NCBI GenBank assembly: GCA_038200895.1
Contig: JBBRRG010000001.1
Span: 1 to 38,785, forward strand
Direction of reading: 5' to 3'
Length of the DNA: 38,785 bases
From: Candidatus Nitrosocosmicus sp.
Lineage (GTDB): Archaea > Thermoproteota > Nitrososphaeria > Nitrososphaerales > Nitrososphaeraceae
Positions 18,564 to 26,736 of this stretch are shown in pieces. A model generated the notes under the pieces. The model was not told where the DNA came from, did no database searches, and worked only from the letters and a program-made list of their open reading frames with translations. Both the position numbers and the translations under genes were made by a program. Every line of letters begins with the position of its first letter. The first letter of the stretch is position 1.

Positions 18564-19324
18564 TGGATAAACTCGTTAATCATTTTCATTTTTTAATCAT
18601 AATTCATTTATTATCTATAGGAGCCAAAGAAACTCATATAGAAATTACTAGTATTCAGCTAAGTAAAATAATAAAGAGATCACAGCAAACAACCTCAAAG
18701 GTTTTAATCGAATTAGAAAAGGATTATCTGATTGAAAGAATTAAAAGTAATAAAAAATTCAAAGTAAAAGTAACCCAGAAAGGGTATGAGGTAATAAAAG
18801 AATTACAAGAATTTATAAAATCGGCAATAGATATTTCTAATAGGAAAAGAGCAATTTTTAAAGGCAAAATAGTTACTGGTATGGGTGAGGGTTCATATTA
18901 TATGTCGTTAAAAGGATATAGAAAACAATTTAAAGAAAAATTAGGATATGAACCATTTCCCGGGACTCTGAATTTAAAACTAGAGGATAAAACTTACACA
19001 GATAAAAAAAAAGAGATATCAAACTATCCATCTATATTTATTCATGGTTTTAAGGATGAAAATAGAACATTTGGATGGGTAAAATGTTACCCTGCAATTT
19101 TAATTACAATAATGGAAATAAATAATAATTTAGAAAAAAATCACAGAAACTTAAAAAATAGTAAAAAGATTGAGATAGATTCAGCTGTATTATTGTTAGA
19201 AAGAACTCACCATGATAACAGCTTATTAGAGGTGATTTCGCCAATTTGTATCAAGCAAACAGCAAATTTAAAAAATGGAGACATAATAACAATCGAATTA
19301 AAAGACTTAAATCAGGTATCATAA
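18563..19324 (+). CDS. ribK: CTP-dependent riboflavin kinase with N-terminal wHTH (RbkR-type fusion)
   Basis: N-terminal RSQQTTSKVL HTH; GKIVTGMGEGSYY, PFPGTLN, RTFG, ERTHH, LEVISP. Confidence 0.9.
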   Translation: MDKLVNHFHFLIIIHLLSIGAKETHIEITSIQLSKIIKRSQQTTSKVLIELEKDYLIERIKSNKKFKVKVTQKGYEVIKELQEFIKSAIDISNRKRAIFKGKIVTGMGEGSYYMSLKGYRKQFKEKLGYEPFPGTLNLKLEDKTYTDKKKEISNYPSIFIHGFKDENRTFGWVKCYPAILITIMEINNNLEKNHRNLKNSKKIEIDSAVLLLERTHHDNSLLEVISPICIKQTANLKNGDIITIELKDLNQVS

Positions 19325-19980
19325 AATGTATTACCAAGACTTTTTTTTATCATGGTACTTTTAATCTTAGGAATGGGTGAAGATAATCTTACAATGCTCA
19401 ATTTTAGCCCTCTTTCCAAACAATTCTTTTGTATTTCTTTCTCATTATGAGTTTGATCATATCCTAGAGCAATAATATCAGGTTGTACAAAAGATACTGT
19501 ATCATATAATGTACCTTCTTTTCCGATAAGAGAAAGATCTACAAAGGATAAGGATGCAACTAATTCCTGCCTCTGGACTTCATCATGATAAATATTCCTA
19601 TTTTTCTTCAATTTTAATGCTGTAGAAGTAGTAGCAACTATTACAACAAGTATATCTCCATATGATTTTGCTGATTTTAAAGTATGAATATGACCTGGAT
19701 GCAACAAATCAAAAACTCCGCCTACAAATACAACCTTAATCTTTGAACGGCCAAGTCCACTAAGGCAACAAATGATTTGAGTTGATTTTTGAATATCCAA
19801 TACATCATTCATAATTTTTACATAACCATGTTTTTCTAGATCCATAATTTCGGCAAAATAAAATTCGTTATCTAAATCCATTTTATTTTTAAGATAAGGT
19901 ATAATTGAAACTGGATTAGACCCATTAGCTAGATTATTACAATAAATAGAACCAAGAATAAATTTTTGTAACGAATTCAT
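19312..19980 (-). CDS. ribL: Archaeal FAD synthase (cytidylyltransferase family) with N-terminal extension
   Basis: GGVFDLLHPGH, PDIIALGYDQ, KSTMIK; convergent with and overlapping ribK. Confidence 0.85.
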   Translation of the reverse strand: MNSLQKFILGSIYCNNLANGSNPVSIIPYLKNKMDLDNEFYFAEIMDLEKHGYVKIMNDVLDIQKSTQIICCLSGLGRSKIKVVFVGGVFDLLHPGHIHTLKSAKSYGDILVVIVATTSTALKLKKNRNIYHDEVQRQELVASLSFVDLSLIGKEGTLYDTVSFVQPDIIALGYDQTHNEKEIQKNCLERGLKLSIVRLSSPIPKIKSTMIKKSLGNTFYDT

Positions 19981-20545
19981 TAAATTTAATATATAAAGTA
20001 AAATAACACGATATATAATTTTATAAAATTTAGCAAATTTCCTAAGAGTGCATTTATTTATCGATTTATTTTCAATAACAATTCTAATGTATAAAATAAT
20101 AACTAGAAAATTTTACTCTATAATTTCTTTAAATAATCAAAGTTGCAAGAATCAAAATGATTTTTTTAGATTCTGTATTTTGACATAAAAAAAATTTAAT
20201 ACAGATGATGTCTCAGTACTCATAATCTTCATCACAAATATTCAAAAATATCAGACGGCTCTTCATTATCATCATCGACATCATCAAAAGTCAAACGTCA
20301 AATGAATATATTCCTTTTAATCGATTATAGTTAAAGATAAAGAAAAGATTAATTTCATTATTACAATTTTGGCTATTATTTTCCAGGTAAAGATTGAAAT
20401 ATGAACTAAAGCACATAATTCAATTATTGAACCTTTTTGTAAATTATCATAATAAGGAATATGTCAGATGAATAGAGCCTTTATTAATAATTACAATGTA
20501 TAAAGATAATGATAAATAAAAAATATTGTATCCCGCGAGCAGGAT

Positions 20546-20576
20546 CTGCTCCAAAAAATAAAATTTCATTTTTTGT
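20546..20576 (-). other. tRNA intron in the T-loop, position 58/59 (31 nt)
   Basis: BHB-like motif: helix GCUC/GAGC, bulges AA|A and AG|A, intron stem CAAAAAAUG/UAUUUUUUG. Confidence 0.8.
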
Positions 20577-20597
20577 TTGAGCCTGCGACTCTTCGGT

Positions 20598-20653
20598 CAC
20601 TGCTTGATGTAAGCCTGATAGGCTGATATTGGTTAGCAATTAGTTGCCAACAA
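20598..20653 (-). other. tRNA intron at canonical position 37/38 (56 nt)
   Basis: Central helix CUGU/GCAG with 3' bulge UG|A; removal restores the 7-nt loop CUGUAGA. Confidence 0.85.
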
Positions 20654-20711
20654 CTACAGCCGAAAGCTCTACCAGGCTGAGCTACCGCGGGACATTTAAT
20701 TTTAAAATTAA

Positions 20712-20721
20712 TTATATATAA
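20712..20721 (-). promoter_or_regulatory. Putative TATA box of tRNA-Tyr
   Basis: TTATATATAA about 20-30 nt upstream of the mature tRNA 5' end. Confidence 0.45.
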
Positions 20722-21228
20722 TCTAATCGTAAATAGAATTTCAATATTTAATAAACTATTTTTATATTTATTCAAGTCAGGAATTATGAATATAGCAATT
20801 TATAAAGTTAATATTTCTTTTTTTTCTATTGCCTTTAATATTTACATTTATTGTATATACATCATATTATCTATTTTTAGAATACATTAACCTTAATTCC
20901 TCTCTGCTTCTTCCTTGAAAAAGGAGACTTATAAAATTTCCCAATTATTTTTACGGGCAAAACAATAACATTCTACACAAGGATATGAAAGTCATTTATT
21001 TGAAAATGTAATGATAAAAGACGTGCTGTTTATCTACTAAATCTCAAGATCATTCCATTATAAAGACAATAGACAACATTTATCTTCTTCAACTAAATGA
21101 ATTAATTTTGTATTGAAATAACTATAAAACAATTGAGATTTTATATAAAATCAAAAGTAAATAATTTTTTTGACATCTAATGATATAAGATAATAGCTTA
21201 TTCAGAAAATTTTCACTGTTTTCAGAGA

Positions 21229-22194
21229 CTATCTATCTAAAAAACTTTTTAACAATTTAAATACAAAATAAGAAATAATTTTATCCGCACCTGCTCTTTT
21301 AAGAGATAATAAAAATAATGTACACCATTCAGTATCATCAAGCCATTTCCTTTCAGCAGCGGCCTTTATTAATGCATATTCACCAGAAACGCTTTGCACA
21401 ACTAATGGCTTTTCAATATAATTCTTCACTACTTTTACAATATCCATATACCAAAAAGACGGCTTAATCATCACCCAATCTGCACCCTCGTTAATATCTA
21501 CTACAACCTCTCTTATTGATTCTTTTAAATTATTAAAACTATTTTGATATGTAGATTTATCAATGAAATTTGATTTAAAAAAATTGCTATTTCTAAATGG
21601 AGAATATAAACAAGAATTATGCTTGGCAGAATAACTCATTATTTTAACATTATCGAAACTATTTTTTTTTAATATTTTTTTTAAATATAGAACCTGTCCA
21701 TCCATCATTGAGGAGGGAGCAATAAAATCGGTTCCAGACTCAGATACGCTCAAGGATATTTTGCCTAAAATTTTTATAGTTTTATCATTATCTATCTTTA
21801 GACTATTCATTTTTTCTAATCCGGTGTTTTTACTGACACCATTATGAAGGTATACTCCACAATGACCAGAAGTATTGTATTGACATAAGCATACATCAGA
21901 AATAATATTTATTCTTTTACCAAAATTTTCCTTGATACTTTTAATCGATTTTTGTGTTACTCCATTTTTACTAAATGATGCAGTCCCTAAAGTATTCCTT
22001 TTTGTAGGTATTCCAAAAATAAGAATATTGTAAATTTTCAAATCAACTAATTTTTGGATAAATAAAGAAACATCATTTACAAAAACTTTAGAATCATTTA
22101 GATATCTTAATCTTAAACTATTTTCATAAGCTGATTCATTTTCATAAATAAAAACAGGAAAAATAAAGTTATCAATATTATCAAAAATGCTCAA
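21229..22194 (-). CDS. hemB: Porphobilinogen synthase (HemB)-like, divergent, lacking the N-terminal arm
   Basis: DVCLCQYNTSGHCG zinc motif, APSSMMDG, MSYSAK and MIKP Schiff-base lysines, SVSGEY, KRAGAD. Confidence 0.8.
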   Translation of the reverse strand: MSIFDNIDNFIFPVFIYENESAYENSLRLRYLNDSKVFVNDVSLFIQKLVDLKIYNILIFGIPTKRNTLGTASFSKNGVTQKSIKSIKENFGKRINIISDVCLCQYNTSGHCGVYLHNGVSKNTGLEKMNSLKIDNDKTIKILGKISLSVSESGTDFIAPSSMMDGQVLYLKKILKKNSFDNVKIMSYSAKHNSCLYSPFRNSNFFKSNFIDKSTYQNSFNNLKESIREVVVDINEGADWVMIKPSFWYMDIVKVVKNYIEKPLVVQSVSGEYALIKAAAERKWLDDTEWCTLFLLSLKRAGADKIISYFVFKLLKSFLDR

Positions 22195-22231
22195 CAGATT
22201 TTTTAATAATATATCAAAGAGGTATTAAATT

Positions 22232-23068
22232 TTAACGGTTAATGATTAGAAATATTTTATTATTGTAAACCTCTACAAATCCTTTTTTTTTATAAAAAGT
22301 TAATAAATTATCGCTTTGTAATGTTTGAAGTCCAAAAATTTGATATCCATTTTTTTTACCAAACTTTATAGAAAACTCAATAATATTTGTTGCAACTTTT
22401 TTATGCCTATACTCTTTTTGAGTGCCCAAACAATACAAAGTTAAACTATTTTCATAAGGATATAAAATACAACAACCTGCAGTTTTTCCAATAGTTTCGT
22501 CTATATCATTTATTTCTGATAAAATAAAGTTAAATTTATTAAATTTTTTTTTTAAAATTGTATAAATTAAAGGTTTTTTGTCCGAACAAATATCAAAAGA
22601 TAAACAATAGGTATTGACCCATTTTTTTAATTCATCACTATTGTCAATTAGGAGAATTTTTTGAGCATTACTAAATCGATTATTGAATGTATCAAAATCC
22701 AAATTAAGAGTAAGATCAGAATAGTTAGGATATTGTAAACCAATTACTTCATCAATTTTTTCGAAATTCTTTTTTATCAAATATTTTTCTAAAAAAGTTT
22801 GCCTTGAACTAACATGTAAAAATAAATTTATTTTTTTATTATTTGACACATTTAGTAAAGTTTGCATCATTTTTTCAATTTCAGTATTATTTTCAGAATT
22901 TAAATTTAAACATTTATTCAGAATAGTTCTATTAAAAAAATAATCATCATACAAATCTTTATTATATAAGGTAAAAAACTTATTGTCAATATTCAAAAAT
23001 TCAGAATTCCAATTTTTGCAAAAATAAAATTCGTTTTTTTGCAATATTTTAATAATATCTAAGTCCAA
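22232..23068 (-). CDS. GNAT-family N-acetyltransferase
   Basis: C-terminal LYCLGTQKEYRHKKVAT and FYKKKGF; N-terminal half ends YLIKKNFEK, suggesting a second degenerate GNAT fold. Confidence 0.8.
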   Translation of the reverse strand: MDLDIIKILQKNEFYFCKNWNSEFLNIDNKFFTLYNKDLYDDYFFNRTILNKCLNLNSENNTEIEKMMQTLLNVSNNKKINLFLHVSSRQTFLEKYLIKKNFEKIDEVIGLQYPNYSDLTLNLDFDTFNNRFSNAQKILLIDNSDELKKWVNTYCLSFDICSDKKPLIYTILKKKFNKFNFILSEINDIDETIGKTAGCCILYPYENSLTLYCLGTQKEYRHKKVATNIIEFSIKFGKKNGYQIFGLQTLQSDNLLTFYKKKGFVEVYNNKIFLIINR

Positions 23069-24167
23069 GAATTTCTAGCATCCTTTTTATTAATTCTGGA
23101 TTTTGATATTTATCCAAATTATCCAAAATTAGATTCAATGCTGATTCAGTATCATAATCATTGTACAATGAATTTAAAAATTTTTTTATTTCTGTTGATT
23201 CTGAATAATTATTTGTTTTATGATTATTTTTACTTGTTAATAATGTATTTGTAATAACTTTATCTATTTCATCGGATTCATCAAGATCGTTGCATGAAAA
23301 TTCAATATCTTTTTTATAGTTTTTGGATAAAAAGAAAATTTTTAATGTATTCGCACTGTATCTCTTTAAAATGTCTGAGATAGAAATAGTATTACCACTA
23401 GAATTAGACATTTTGTTTGAATTTATATTTACAAGACCTACATGAATCCAAGAATTTATGTGCGATATCTTACAACTATTATCAATTTTTTTTGAAATTT
23501 CGTTTATAAATTCATGATGTGGATATAATAATTCGCTTGCGCCTCCATGAATATTGTATTCGCCATTAAAGACATTTTTTATTATTTCCCAATCTTGGAA
23601 GTGCCATCCTGGAATTCCACTTGTCAATATTCTTCCATGACTTACCTTAATACTATCATCTTTTAAGTATCCTTGATAGAAATTCTCAGAATTCCATATC
23701 ATAATATCTCTTTGATCATATTTACCACATGAAATATCAATCGGCATATTTTCAATATCGTCCAATGTCAAACCCAACGAACTAGTAATATCTTTAGTTA
23801 TTTTGAGATAAACATTTCCAGCATAGGAATATCCTTTTTTTGATTTTAAAACATCGATAACATCGTTTTTAATTATTGATAAAAAGTCAGAAACTCTAGT
23901 ATATATAAAACTACTATCAACTTGTATATTTTTTAAATCTTCTAAAAGATAGCCTAAAAACTTTTCTGAAATATCCAAAGTTCCTGTGGTATTATTACTA
24001 TCCTTTTGAAAAATCTTATGATCGATATCTGTTAATTGCAATATTGCAATAGGTGAATTACCTATAAACCTATGAAAATTAATTAAAAAATTAAAAAAAA
24101 TAAAAATTCTTGCATGTCCTATATGGCATTTTTCATACAGCGTGGGACCACAAATAAATATATTCAA
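23049..24167 (-). CDS. Cysteinyl-tRNA synthetase paralog lacking the anticodon-binding domain
   Basis: CGPTLY..HIGH, TDIDHKI, PGWH, IHGG, YPHHE, KMSNS; 372 aa, ends after a DALR-like helical bundle. Confidence 0.85.
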   Translation of the reverse strand: MNIFICGPTLYEKCHIGHARIFIFFNFLINFHRFIGNSPIAILQLTDIDHKIFQKDSNNTTGTLDISEKFLGYLLEDLKNIQVDSSFIYTRVSDFLSIIKNDVIDVLKSKKGYSYAGNVYLKITKDITSSLGLTLDDIENMPIDISCGKYDQRDIMIWNSENFYQGYLKDDSIKVSHGRILTSGIPGWHFQDWEIIKNVFNGEYNIHGGASELLYPHHEFINEISKKIDNSCKISHINSWIHVGLVNINSNKMSNSSGNTISISDILKRYSANTLKIFFLSKNYKKDIEFSCNDLDESDEIDKVITNTLLTSKNNHKTNNYSESTEIKKFLNSLYNDYDTESALNLILDNLDKYQNPELIKRMLEILGLRYY

Positions 24168-24293
24168 ATTTGATGCTGAGTTATAAAATATTTTAACTTT
24201 ATTTATTTATTTTTTTCAAATTATCAGTTGATAAAAAATTTTGAATTTAAAATAACTATTGTTTGATATTATCTTATACTATTTAAAAAAATA

Positions 24294-25121
24294 TTAATTA
24301 ATTAAATCGCCATTATTTTTTTTATATTGTTTCAAAGTATTAACAATTAAAATCACATCATCAATATTTTTTGAAAGTCTACCTATTTTAATGCAGTCTC
24401 TTATATCTCTTGATTTTAATGTATTCCAAACCAGATATGCTAATTTATTTGAAACTCTTGATTCTAGATTACATTCTTTTAAGAGAAGATGATTTGTAAT
24501 TTTTAAAAATTCATTGTAGTTATATTGCTTAAAATATAAAATGAGGAATCTAGATAGCAATGGTGTTAGTAATTTTTTTTCATTATTACATGACGCAAAA
24601 ACCCACGTTTTCAGAACTGATTTGCGTGTTTTCTCAAATTTTGTTTCACTTAATATACCTGTTTCCATTAAACTCAGAAGTGCTGCTTGATCTTTGATTG
24701 GCATGTATTCAATTTCATCGATAATCAAATTTCTAGGTCTGTTTGAAAATAAATAATCTATCATGCCTGCTTTCGTACTATGACTTCCTAGTGTAAAATA
24801 CGAACGTTGAAGGTTCATGCATTCCATCAAAAACAAAGTTTTTGCAGAACCGGGAGGTCCGGCCAACAAAATATGTACAGGCAAATGAGAAGCAACAGCA
24901 AAAGAAAATATTTTCTTGATATTATCATAACCGATAATATTTTCAAAAAGAGTATTATTTGATTTCAATACTTCAGATTCATAATCATGATTTGAAGAAG
25001 AAGATAAAGAGATTGAAGGTTTATCAATAAGTGTATTTTTTGGATTTCTTTTAGTTTTTTTTCTTTTATTGCTATTTATATCAATAACATAATCAAACAT
25101 AAAATATTTCATAATGGTCAT
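24294..25121 (-). CDS. AAA+ ATPase (MCM/MoxR-like core); start uncertain
   Basis: Walker A GPPGSAKT, Walker B IIDEIE, LLSLMETG, ASCN, LLSRF. Confidence 0.85.
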   Translation of the reverse strand: MTIMKYFMFDYVIDINSNKRKKTKRNPKNTLIDKPSISLSSSSNHDYESEVLKSNNTLFENIIGYDNIKKIFSFAVASHLPVHILLAGPPGSAKTLFLMECMNLQRSYFTLGSHSTKAGMIDYLFSNRPRNLIIDEIEYMPIKDQAALLSLMETGILSETKFEKTRKSVLKTWVFASCNNEKKLLTPLLSRFLILYFKQYNYNEFLKITNHLLLKECNLESRVSNKLAYLVWNTLKSRDIRDCIKIGRLSKNIDDVILIVNTLKQYKKNNGDLIN

Positions 25122-25229
25122 ACTATTAAACTATTTAATAATCAAAGTCTTATTTTTGCAATGATTCAAATTTTTATAACATTTTATCTATCATCAATAA
25201 TAAATAAGATCAAAAATAAAAGTTATTGA

Positions 25230-26210
25230 GTGAAAGATCTTCCGGTAATACTAATTACAAGAAAGATTCCAATAGATGGAATAAATATTTTAAAATCAAA
25301 ATATAACATAATAATGAATAAAAGAAATAGACCTTTTAATAGAAAGGAACTAATTAATAATGTAAAAAACGTTGATGCAATATTATGCGTATTACAGGAT
25401 AAAATAGATAAAGAAATTATTGATACTGCAGGACCAAAACTAAAAATAATTAGTACTTTTAGTACGGGTTTGGAGCATATAGATGTTGAAATAGCTAAAA
25501 AAAGAGGAATAAAAATAGGTTATACAGGAGATATTTTAACTGAAACAACTGCAGACTTAACTTTTGGTTTGATATTGTGTATAGGACGGAGAATAGTAGA
25601 AGCTGATAAATTTGTTAGAAATTTAAAATGGAAAAATGGATGGAACCCTCAACTTATGCTAGGAACAGACATACATAATAAAATATTGGGTTTAATAGGT
25701 TTTGGAAAAATTGGGCAATGTTTAGCAGAGAGAGCAAGCGGATTTAATATGAAAATAATATATTATAAAAGAAATGGAGAAATCAAAGATTTGAACAAGC
25801 ATTTAAAAAATAAAGCAGAATATTGTGATTTAAAAGAATTATTGGCTATTTCAGACTATATAGTAATTTGTTGCTCTTTTAACAAAGAAAGTTTTCGTCT
25901 CATAGATATTGAAAAAATTAGAATTATGAAAAAAACAGCATTCCTAATCAATACTTCAAGGGGTAAAATAGTAAAGGAAAAAGATTTAATTTTTGCATTA
26001 AAAAACAAATACATAGCAGGAGCGGCTTTAGATGTATTTGAAAAAGAACCCATAATTAAGAATAATCCATTAATTAAAATGAAAAATGTTATTTTGGTAC
26101 CACATATCGGAAGTGCAAGTTTTGATACTAGAAGAAAAATGTCTGAGATAGCTGCTACAAATATAATCAATGTATTGGAAGATAATGACAAAGAAGCATT
26201 ATTAGTTTGA
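25230..26210 (+). CDS. D-2-hydroxyacid dehydrogenase (glyoxylate/hydroxypyruvate reductase-like)
   Basis: GLIGFGKIG, INTSRG, ALDVFEKEP, PHIGSA. Confidence 0.9.
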   Translation: MKDLPVILITRKIPIDGINILKSKYNIIMNKRNRPFNRKELINNVKNVDAILCVLQDKIDKEIIDTAGPKLKIISTFSTGLEHIDVEIAKKRGIKIGYTGDILTETTADLTFGLILCIGRRIVEADKFVRNLKWKNGWNPQLMLGTDIHNKILGLIGFGKIGQCLAERASGFNMKIIYYKRNGEIKDLNKHLKNKAEYCDLKELLAISDYIVICCSFNKESFRLIDIEKIRIMKKTAFLINTSRGKIVKEKDLIFALKNKYIAGAALDVFEKEPIIKNNPLIKMKNVILVPHIGSASFDTRRKMSEIAATNIINVLEDNDKEALLV

Positions 26211-26261
26211 CGATTTAAAGGATACATCAAAAACAAACTATTTTAACAATAACAAAAAATA

Positions 26262-26540
26262 TCAAAGTCTTTTTAGTTGAATATCATCAATATCTTCCTG
26301 GTTTCCTGTAATGCAATTGGTGTGGATTATTTTAATAGGTGTAAACTCGATTTTTCCCCCCGGAATTTGTTTTTCGTTCTGCAAAACTACCAATTTTTCT
26401 TCTAATCCTTGCCTATGTTCAGAACATGTCAATCCGATCATAAATTTGCTATTTCCATTTTCATTTATTTCTATAATAAACTCTGGTGGAAGCATACATT
26501 TTTTTTTATCAAGTACAAATGAGCAAGATTCTGGGAACAA
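26262..26540 (-). CDS. Small Cys/His-containing hypothetical protein
   Basis: 92 aa; C-x8-C, CSEH, HTNC; TATA-like sequence upstream of a TTG start. Confidence 0.65.
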   Translation of the reverse strand: MFPESCSFVLDKKKCMLPPEFIIEINENGNSKFMIGLTCSEHRQGLEEKLVVLQNEKQIPGGKIEFTPIKIIHTNCITGNQEDIDDIQLKRL

Positions 26541-26736
26541 ACTATAAATATATTAACTATATCTAATTAAAGTTTTTCATTTATATCATTTAGATAAAAA
26601 AGAGTTGGAATATCCTAAAAAAACATTCTAACAAAATGTCGTCACAACAGCTTGTATCTATATATGGTTCATCTAATTGTCGTAATAATTAATAAAATAT
26701 TTCTTGGTTAAAAGAAAAAAAATAAAAAATAAAGGA

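Larger units (their letters stand above)
20531..20691 (-). tRNA. tRNA-Tyr(GUA) with two introns
   Basis: Acceptor CCCGCGG/UCGCGGG plus A73 (C1-G72 Tyr identity), D-stem GCUC/GAGC, anticodon stem UUCGG/CCGAA with GUA at 20657-20655, T-stem GCAGG/CCUGC; CCA not encoded. Confidence 0.93.

Noticed and set aside
20598-20653. Nested intron or C/D-box guide RNA inside the 56-nt tRNA intron
   Set aside because: A UUGG/CCAA helix with a 3-nt bulge exists, but the second flanking helix is missing and no convincing C/D boxes are present
20566-20775. 69-aa ORF
   Set aside because: It overlies the tRNA-Tyr gene and its promoter, so it is spurious
20929-21110. Possible decayed gene (minus-strand fragment LSYPCVECYCFARKNNWEIL*)
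   Set aside because: No start codon, multiple stops and no recognisable family; it cannot be supported without a search
20531-25121. Integrated element or provirus at tRNA-Tyr
   Set aside because: No integrase or duplicated tRNA end (att) was seen, and the divergent genes lie on the tRNA's 5' side
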